Source: Octopus bimaculoides | Taxonomy: Eukaryota | Assembly (NCBI RefSeq): GCF_001194135.2 | Contig: NC_068990.1 | Location: forward strand, 10,290,792 to 10,323,151 | Direction of reading: 5' to 3' | DNA: 32,360 bases | Position numbers and translations under genes: made by a program | Notes under the pieces: model-generated | Seen by the model: only the letters and a program-made list of their open reading frames with translations | Databases searched by the model: none | Told to the model about the DNA's origin: nothing | Shown here: in pieces, positions 23,656 to 32,360 of the stretch | Numbering within the stretch: position 1 is the stretch's first letter | Layout: each line of letters opens with the position of its first letter

Positions 23656-24009
23656 ATATATTACAACATAATTTTCAATTCGCATAGTGTTCTCTGTTGA
23701 GATATGATTGATGTTTCTCATTACGAATAAAACAATATTCGCAAAATTTAGAGAAGCTGTATAATGTGCTCACACATACTTCAGGGAGAGAAGAACGCGT
23801 AGAACTACCTTGATAATAAATTTATTTTATACAGTCAACTATCGCACGTGTTACGTTCCAAAACCCCCTGTGATAGGGAAAATCCGCGAAGTAGAAACAG
23901 TACTGTACAATATATTCTTTTATTATTTCTATAATTTGTATGTATTCATTTTATTATAAATTCAAAATAACACCACTGAGGAATCGAACGAAGTAAGCTT
24001 AAATAATAA

Positions 24010-24177
24010 ACCGCGATAGGTGAAACGCGACAGGTGAACCGCGTTAGGTGAACCACGATATGTGAAAATCGATAGGTGAACAGCGATAGGCGAACCACAA
24101 TACATGGACCTCGATAGGTGAACCTCGATAGGTAAATCGAGATAGGTGAACCGCGATAAGTAAACCGTAATATAGTG
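24010..24177. repeat. Minisatellite, 12 x 14-bp, consensus ACCGCGATAGGTGA
   Basis: Twelve contiguous units in exact 14-nt phase with substitutions only (for example, unit 9 starts at 24122). Confidence 0.95.
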
Positions 24178-24731
24178 ACGGATTATTGAATATGCTGTTT
24201 GTACCCAAAACATTTGAATATATAGTGAAAAATTGATAAGATTTAATACATTTTGTGAAGGAGGTGACGACTTAAACATGTATATTTTTGCCGGCAATCT
24301 GGGAGAATCTTTACCGCGTCGAATGAAATACGATTACGTTGTTTTATTTAATCCGCTTCGGTACGCTCTGAGCTCCATTCCTTTCGAGATCAACTTTCCC
24401 TTTTATTCTTCCAGAATGGATAAAATAAAATGTCACTCAATTTCTGGCTTCCTTGTAATCAATCAACCTCTCATCTTAAAATTGCGGGCCTTGAATAAAC
24501 ATTGGAAAATCTTATTATTATTTATTATTATTATTATTTTTATTACACTGCGCGAGTAAACGAAAGCGTGGTATTGTAATCACACGTCTTTGTCTATCAT
24601 TGTCTGCAAAATTATTGGAGAACCGCTGAAAGGATTTTCACCACATTTTGCAAAATTACTCATTGGCAAAATGGCTGAAAGTGATGAACATTTGGTTTGA
24701 TTATATTTAAAAAGGAAAACACAATTAATCC

Positions 24732-24798
24732 AACTTACAAAATTCCCGATAAGCAAGTGGTCATATTATTTTGTTAATTATTTATTCACTTGAATCGA
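24732..24798 (-). mobile_element. Second copy of the 3' end of the adjacent Penelope-like element (pLTR-like duplication)
   Basis: AACTTACAAAATTCCCGATAAGCAAGTGGTCATATTA... aligns in the same orientation with 25065-25131. Confidence 0.6.
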
Positions 24799-25064
24799 GA
24801 CTCCACTGCTTGTGTATAAATCATGGTGTACATATGCGAGTTGATACGTGTGGGTACATACACACAGACAAACACACAGATATATGCGACTGTGTGTGTG
24901 TGTGTGTGTGTGTGAGTGCGTACCTGTGTGTTTGTGTACAGGGATGAATTCGAAGGTTTCGTTTATTTATGAACTCATTTCTTAATTTCCTCGGGGTATG
25001 AATAATTATAATGGTGACACTTAATATAAAAAAAAAAACGTCAACGAACATATAAGATAAATCG

Positions 25065-26040
25065 AACTTACAAATTCCCCGATTAACATGTGGTCATATT
25101 AATTTCTTCACTTTCTTATTCACATGATTGACAGGGATTTTTCAGAGCACATCTACAAGACCTAGAGTGTCGGGCTTTGCATATTTTATAATTGACAATG
25201 AAATCACAAATTTAATCCTGTAGGGTTTCAGTTGCCATCGAAAATAAACCAGTGAAGTCATGCCTCTTATTCCTTTTCTAAAAAATAGAAATATGATTTT
25301 TATATCGATTCTTGAAATACTCAGCCGTGACACCAACGTACATATAAGAACCTCCCCTCGTGTGTACAGTACATTTACAGACGATGTTTCGAGTCATGCA
25401 AAGATTATCCAAAGGGCAATTAAATTTATCCCTGCAAGAGCACCTATTTCTTCACGTTGCTGGTGATCGAGGTGTTATATAGTGGTTGTCCTGTCATTCC
25501 AATGATAATTCGTTGTGGATTCTTCGTGCCGTTTGCGTGCAGGTTCTGTAGGTTCGTTGTTATAGTGATATCACTAGTTCTGGATCTTGGGTGGCTATAA
25601 GTTTCTATGGTTACTTATCGATGGTTGTCAGTCATGCGAGGATTGAATATCAATTCATTATTTGAGCTTTAGTGATGGTGTTTTTCAAGGCGTTTCTATT
25701 CCATTTCAGGAATGTTCTCTGCACTGTGTGTTGCATCTGGTGTTACTGAATCGTTCCAGCCCAAAAGGGAGCGGTGCATGTTGAAGATGTAACAGTTGTT
25801 GTGGTAATAGCAATGTTTTCCTTGGTACATTCCGTCTTCTCTTTTTATCTTTAACATATCCCCAACGTTCCCCCAGGAATTCCTCGAATTATAAAAACGA
25901 TGTTTGTTAAGTATCGTTAAAGATTCCTGATAACCATATGTGGTGAACGTGCTCCGCGGACTGTAACCCGGGAATTATTGTAAAATAAGGTTTCGATACT
26001 GTTTAAAAAATACGTGTTTAACACGTATTTTGTAACCTTA
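25065..26040 (-). mobile_element. Decayed Penelope-like element (Neptune-type) with Cys-rich linker and GIY-YIG endonuclease
   Basis: Minus-strand translation from 25442 gives CSCRDKFNCPLDNLCMTRNIVCKCTVHTRGGSYMYVGVTAEYFKNRYKNHISIF, a 1-nt frameshift, then RKGIRGMTSLVYFRWQLKPYRIKFVISLSIIKYAKP. This matches the C.CR....CPL...C / Y.G.T...FK.RY.NH...F / S..I...AKP pattern I know from these elements. The upstream boundary is approximate. Confidence 0.85.
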
Positions 26041-27284
26041 ATTCGTTAACTATATATATATACATGCGTATTCATACAACATTTAGACCCATGTATAAGT
26101 TTCATTTGCGTGTTTGATATTATCTGTTCATAAATGCTGCTAGAAGAAACTCGTATAATGTGTCTGAATGATGTGGAATAAAAGAGAAGCTTGTGTCATT
26201 AATTGTCGTTTTGAAAGAGTAAAAGTGAAATTTTCTAAAATAAAGTTAACGTGATCTTCGTAAAGCGAGACACGTTTTTAAACCTCACGGACTTGACTCA
26301 TGATGTTTATAAAATTTCAAAACTTTTCACTTTATTTTATTGAGAGAAAAACAGGAGAGCGAGTGAAAATTATTGAGGAAAATGTTTAGATGAATTTGCT
26401 TAGACAATTATTAGTTTTAATGTAGCAGACATATTAGCACTCCGAGCTGATGGTTCCATGTATGTACTAATTCTTTCGGTCTAAGGTTTGATGTATTGAC
26501 CCCTATACGATGTAGCGTTGGGATGTTTGGGCTGATAAAACTCTTATCATGCAGTGTAGAGACAAAAAGTGATCAACTATATAACTAGACATAATTTCAA
26601 ACAACATATTTACATCAGCGTATATGATATCGATGAGTGTAGATTCTGATATATTGTGTCGTTCTGGCGGTTTCATATAGTGCTTTAAGAACACATACAA
26701 AGACTCCTCCATAGTAACACACACGTGCATACATGTAATAATATATAAATTATGTATTTATGTCGGCATGTAAGTATTTATGTACGCACTTATGTATGCA
26801 GGAATGTATATATATATGCATGTGTGCATGTGTATAGATAGAGAGAGCTAGATACCTATAAGTATATATAAAATTATATATTCATATCATACAACATTAC
26901 AAAAATATTTAAATGTGATATGTGCACGGATCAAACGCTAAAACATTTAGCATTCTTGGTACTTTAGATCGTACTCCTTGAAATCACATTCCTGAAATTA
27001 ATGAACGTTTGTAAACGAAATATTTCTATAATAATTCCTTACTTTATATTCTTATTCTCATACAATGACTTGTGGTACATTTCTTCTTTTGTAACACACA
27101 TGTTTTCTGGCTTCTTTTTTACTTGTATAGTATGTGGTAGTTGTAATATGTTTTCAGTTTTAGATATAATAATAACATAATATTTATAGTTTAGTTTATT
27201 GTCTGTTCAGCATTCTGTAAATTTTGAATTTGTCAGTTATTTTATCTGATAAGGTGAGGTTTGCCATTGTGGCATTACTATCAT

Positions 27285-27452
27285 AATCATAATCGATATT
27301 CCTTATCCTCATCAAAATTATCTTATTACTATAACGACATTCATTACCATCTTCATCGTCAGCGTCAAACTCAGTAACGTCATTACTACCATCGTCTTCA
27401 CAGTTGTCGTCGTCGTCGCCTTCATCTTCATCATCTTTATTCCTTCCTCAAC
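27285..27452. repeat. Low-complexity (CAT/CGT)n region
   Basis: Directly visible degenerate trinucleotide array. Confidence 0.7.
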
Positions 27453-29250
27453 CATAATAGTGAATACAAAGTGCAGAAATCTACAAAATTTTACACTATT
27501 TTGCAACTCCGTCAGCCATCAATGATTAAATAAGGCATAACAGAAAACATAAAACCACAAAAAATGTTTAAAACCTAAATGACGAAACCGTTTCGAAAGC
27601 AATTCCCATCACCAAAGAAATACAAAACAAATAGCTTGTCATTATATTATATTGTGGTTATTTTTCCCATTAATTTTCAAGTGTTTTTCATACTTTGCAC
27701 CACTTACATTATAGACACAAAACAAACACAAAGAGAATATATCAAACGAAGGAAAATATTTACTTAAACAATCGCGCTAGACGTATTACAAGAGAAATAA
27801 TCTGAAATGGAAAGGATGAAAATTTTGGTAAAAATAATTTACGTTAATTACTATATGGGAAAAAATTATATATAATTAATTGCAAAAGATATTGATTTTA
27901 CCTTCAAGTTATGATAGAAAGCAGATAGAATATCACCGACTATTTAAAGTGGAATCAATATAATCAAAATGTGATTAAAATTTACTCTGTCAATCGATTT
28001 GAACGACAAAAAAGAAAGAAAAAAATGAACGTTCAATGGTTAATACGGATGATGACGCTTCCTTCATTGAATAATACTGACAACTTAACCATTAAACGAC
28101 ATTTATGCAGATGGATATGGGCTACCCGGAGACGAATCAGGACAAATAAATATGATAAAGAAAAGATCAACATCGGAGATATTATTTCAGAAGCATCATA
28201 TTCAAAGTATACTATTTCAGATTTCGAGAGTACTACAAGGATACATCGCATGTTTTGAATAATTTACTTATAGTTAACGTTGAATAAATGTATACTTGAG
28301 GGTGCTTATGTTTGTGTGTGTGAGATGTGTGTGTTAGTGAAAATATGTATATATAAAAATATGTGTGTGTATGTGACTGTGCGTGCGTGATATGGTTCAG
28401 TAAAATTTTAAGACATATGTAAAAAGAGATATTGAAACTATCAAAAATTTAATTTCATATATATATTTCAGACGGAAAGCTACAGAAAGTAGTAATAATT
28501 ATTTTCAATTTTCATTTAAACAATGACAACGATTACAACACAAAAATGGAAAGGTATCCGAAACATCGAGTTTACGTCTCCGCCAGAACGTAAAAAAAGA
28601 CACATATCAGAGCTAAATCACAATTATGGCGTTCTTGTCGTTTCGACATTTGGGGAAATGCTTCATAAATTTAAGTTAAAAACCTTACAACTAATCTACA
28701 GTAAATCATTACATTATGATATTCTATACAAACGAAAAATAAATTGTGATTCAATGGAAGATGTACCATTTTTATGTCCAAGACACATATGTATCTGTTA
28801 AATTGGTCGGATTATTCAAGCCGGAGAGTCATTACGCATTCTGTCAAGCAAATAAAAGACATCAATATGGATATATGTCTAACTGTTTCAGGCTTATTCA
28901 GTTTTGGTGATGTCATGGAAATGAGTCGAGAGAATAAACGTTGATAATTCTATATTTTCATATTTGTAGATATTTTAATTTTTTTCCCGTCGAAAATCTA
29001 GTATGATGAATATTTATATCTATATTGTGCTGAGCATAGTTACTCAGGTCTATTAGATAAACCAAGCATAACTTTGCTAGCAGTCTCGATGGAAATATTA
29101 CATTGACTCGTTTACATTAACATACGTTCTCCTCTCTCTCTCTCTCTCTCTCTCTCTAACTCGTGTAAATATATCTACACACACACTTATATATATATGT
29201 AGATGTAGAAATATATATGATATGGTATATATATATATATATATATATAT

Positions 29251-29595
29251 NNNNNNNNNNNNNNNNNNNNNNNNNNNNNNNNNNNNNNNNNNNNNNNNNN
29301 NNNNNNNNNNNNNNNNNNNNNNNNNNNNNNNNNNNNNNNNNNNNNNNNNNNNNNNNNNNNNNNNNNNNNNNNNNNNNNNNNNNNNNNNNNNNNNNNNNNN
29401 NNNNNNNNNNNNNNNNNNNNNNNNNNNNNNNNNNNNNNNNNNNNNNNNNNNNNNNNNNNNNNNNNNNNNNNNNNNNNNNNNNNNNNNNNNNNNNNNNNNN
29501 NNNNNNNNNNNNNNNNNNNNNNNNNNNNNNNNNNNNNNNNNNNNNNNNNNNNNNNNNNNNNNNNNNNNNNNNNNNNNNNNNNNNNNNNNNNNNNN
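29251..29595. other. Assembly gap (345 N) flanked by (TA)n
   Basis: N run with TA arrays on both sides. Confidence 0.99.
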
Positions 29596-30313
29596 TATAT
29601 ACACGTATCAATGTACATACGCATAGATTTCTTTATGCGTGTGGTATTTGTACACTACGCTCGATTTAATTCACGAGATGTCAACACTTATAGTACATCG
29701 TTCTTGAATTCTCAAGTGCTATTTCGTATATAGTTGACAGTTTTCATCAGACAGTTAACGATTGCTATAATGCTTGTGCAAAACTAAGCGTCATTGTCAT
29801 GTAGGCATTCCTTAACTGTAATATATGTGAAACATTAGTTTGAGGGCCCTTTTATATTTCCTTATATTTACAACTGCCTGCGTTAGTGAATCATATTTCG
29901 GAGGGACACGTGAACCATTTCTGTTTGTAATCAATTCATTGAGGTTGATCTCTGTACGTGACATGTATGTGTGTGGGCAGTTAAACTATTTTCTCAATCG
30001 CGATTAAATCACAAAATTGACAGATTCGTTTTGCATTTGTTAATTTATTTGCTTGTTTATAACATCATTAGTGGATTATTCCAAGTTAAGCAAATGATCA
30101 TCATTTAGATTTGACGGATATTTGTCCTCATATTGAGTCTTGATATAGGCCTGTAAATACGTGACGACTTGGGAAAATTTCGAACATGGGTTCTCATTCC
30201 TAAGGTATTTTTCGATGTTATTATCATTCAGCTCACTGCCTGGAATCGCAAACGCAAACCTAGGGTTACTATACCATATGCCTGTGGGCAATTATGGAGT
30301 GAATTTTAAGGGC

Positions 30314-30626
30314 TTATAAATCTAATATTTTCCTATCGTTTCTTAATACCGGTCCCCATATGCTATTCATTTCTGCACTAGGTCAGCTTAGGAGGTTGTT
30401 GAGTCCTAGCGTATGTGCTGCTTCTTTTAGTTTTAGTATTTTCCAGTAGTGTTCACTGTCTATTATTTTAACTTCATCTCACAGGGGAAGGTGGTCTCCA
30501 TTTTTCCATACATGTTAGCTTTCTCCGATTTATAAATTTCTCCCTGTGTCACAGATTTACGATATTCTTCTACCTTTATTTTGAGGGGGCGACTTGTTTC
30601 GTCTTTGTATAACCTACCACAGCTGC

Positions 30627-30627
<1 letters not shown>
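30314..30627 (-). mobile_element. Decayed Penelope-like GIY-YIG endonuclease fragment (second, non-Neptune type), 5'-truncated at (TA)n
   Basis: CSCGRLYKDETSRPLKIKVEEYRKSVTQGEIYKSEKAN, a frameshift near 30515, then HVWKNGDHLPL*DEVKIIDSEHYWKILKLKEAAHTLGLNNLLS*PSAEMNSIWGPVLRNDRKILDL*. This matches the C.CG..Y.G.T.R.L..R..EH / S..A.H / KI+D.E..W..R..KEA pattern of Penelope-like endonucleases. Confidence 0.88.
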
Positions 30628-30655
<28 letters not shown>

Positions 30656-30659
<4 letters not shown>

Positions 30660-30940
30660 CAGTGCATATTTAAATACATAAGGGATGGCCATAACATGAC
30701 ATCTACCACGCTAGAAAGAGTAGTAAACTCCAAACCAATATTAGGTGTAATTTCGATTGGAATGACAAATAAAATCTTTTACCATCTTTCTCCTGGTTTC
30801 AAACTCTATTTAGCAAATAAAGTAATTTGCTAGGTGAAGTTCTCATCAGCAGGAGCTCCAAGATTAACATATAAATACGACGCAATGCAGTATATGCCAC
30901 GTGCTTAAATATTATAATGCTTCAAATCCACCGCGCAAGC
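30656..30940 (+). repeat. Local direct duplication, copy 1 (~285 bp)
   Basis: Aligns along its length with 31113-31412 and shares an exact 31-mer at 30804-30834. Confidence 0.9.
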
Positions 30941-31112
30941 GCTGGTTTTTTTTTTTTTGGGTGGTGGGCGGAAATAAAATAATGGCGACTTGCTTCAAAA
31001 AATTGGTCAAAAATTATTAATAAATATCAGGATAGGAAAATTTAAAGAAATGTTTACTACCAGTGCCCTAGCATGTATAAAACTAGTCAATAGACTATAT
31101 ATTATTCATATC

Positions 31113-31412
31113 AATACAGTGTACATTTAAACACATAAGAGATGAAGAGATGGCTGTAATAGGACATCTAACACGCTAGGTGGAGTAGTCAAAATCTAAA
31201 CCACTATTAGGGGTAATTTCGAAGGGAATGAAAAATAAAAATATTTACCATCCTTTCTCTTGGACCATTGCTTCAAGCTCTATTTAGCAAATAAAGTAAT
31301 TTGCTAGGCGAAGTTCTCAACAGCAGGACAGCCAAGATTAATATATAAATACGAAGCAATACAGTATAGCATCGTGCTTACATATTATAATTTTCAAATC
31401 CACCGCATAAGC
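31113..31412 (+). repeat. Local direct duplication, copy 2 (~300 bp)
   Basis: Aligns with 30656-30940 with several small indels; the exact 31-mer lies at 31278-31308. Confidence 0.9.
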
Positions 31413-31710
31413 ATACACACATACATCTTTGTGCATAAATATATACATGCGCACATTTGTCTTTGTGTGAGAGTGTGTGTGATTTCGGGGAAGAATATTT
31501 TAAGCATTTAAATTGAATGAGAATGGTAATTTTTCTGTATTCATTTGTGAAAAACGAACGCCGCTCATATGTCAATTCTCCGGAGGAAATGATCATATCT
31601 TTAATAGTTGTTCTATTTCAAATCTTTCCAAATTATTTTATGGAGAGTGAATGTATATAAATTATAATTTTAAAATACCTTCCATTTCAATTTGTATTTT
31701 ATTATTTCAG

Positions 31711-31831
31711 GTGAAAGAAACCCATGTTAAAATATTTAGTTATATATCAGTCGTTATGCGTATACTAGCTAACATTGCAGCAAATGTCGTGAAGTATTTA
31801 CAGGCCAATTCAATATTGTATCATTTGTACG
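31711..31831 (+). CDS. Candidate internal exon, VKETHVKIFSYISVVMRILANIAANVVKYLQANSILYHLY
   Basis: Strong acceptor TTTGTATTTTATTATTTCAG|G, donor TACG|GTAACG, and 121 nt open in one frame only. No neighbouring exons or homolog were recognised. Confidence 0.25.
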
Positions 31832-32167
31832 GTAACGTTAGCTATTAGATTTTGCTAATGTCTTTTGAAATAAGATTTTAGTATTTATGTATTTGCAATC
31901 ACAGAAGATAAACACAATTTTGGCAAATGCATATGTAATCATTAGATAATTTCTTTCTCAAATCATAACTACCGACTATAATTTAGCAAGATGTAGCATA
32001 AGACCTGACATAGATGTATGATGTACTTTCATATCCTATCACATTAAACGTGATTTCCACTAACTGCATTTTAGAAAGATAGTAACTTCAAATGAGAACG
32101 ACGTGGTTAGTTGGATTCGAAGTCACTTATGATTTCCTGATTTTACAATGTACTAGTAACGTTATAT

Positions 32168-32169
32168 GC

Positions 32170-32202
<33 letters not shown>

Positions 32203-32223
32203 TGTATGTGTGTGTGTGTGTGT
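32168..32223. repeat. (TG)n microsatellite
   Basis: Directly visible. Confidence 0.95.
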
Positions 32224-32360
32224 GAACTATGGATAATTGTTGTTTTCATTCTCTTTGGACTTACTTTTTTGTGGTTTGGGTGTGACTGCCCTCTGTAGCA
32301 TGCAAGGCGTCGTGTAAAGGGTCACTGCTCTGTGTATAAATAGCATACGCTTATATATAT

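Noticed and set aside
24010-24177. Possible CRISPR array
   Set aside because: The units are contiguous 14-mers with no unique spacers, there are no cas genes, and the DNA is eukaryotic.
27971-28801. ORFs of 95 aa and 92 aa, plus an overlapping frame with a KKR site suggesting a neuropeptide precursor
   Set aside because: There is no signal peptide, no repeated peptide units, no clear donor and no recognisable homology.
981-29669. Long ORFs in the supplied track rich in YI/HT/VC/LS dipeptides or X
   Set aside because: They are translations of microsatellites and N gaps, which lack stop codons; they are not genes.

Overview
AT-rich eukaryotic non-coding DNA, very probably from an octopus. This is an inference from two tRNA-derived SINE families I recall from Octopus sequence, the dense TA/TG/AGAT/ATC microsatellites and the short-read assembly gaps; it is not confirmed by any search. 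Seven N-gaps total 1947 nt, and each abuts a (TA)n or (CA)n tract. No host protein-coding gene could be identified with confidence: nearly all ORFs in the track are microsatellite or gap artefacts, and only a few weak candidate exons remain. The window is mainly a mobile-element graveyard. It holds at least seven SINE copies or fragments (two with target-site duplications), the decayed C-terminus of an R4/Dong/Rex6-type retrotransposon ending in TAA repeats, two different decayed Penelope-like GIY-YIG endonuclease fragments, and two decayed minimal-hammerhead-like hairpins. It also holds two long near-perfect palindromes (170 and 428 bp), a 12x14-bp minisatellite, a ~290-bp local duplication with an invariant hairpin, and one CpG-rich promoter-like patch near 12.1-12.5 kb. 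I see no clear evidence of a new biological system; the most interesting items are the palindromic elements and the ribozyme-like remnants.
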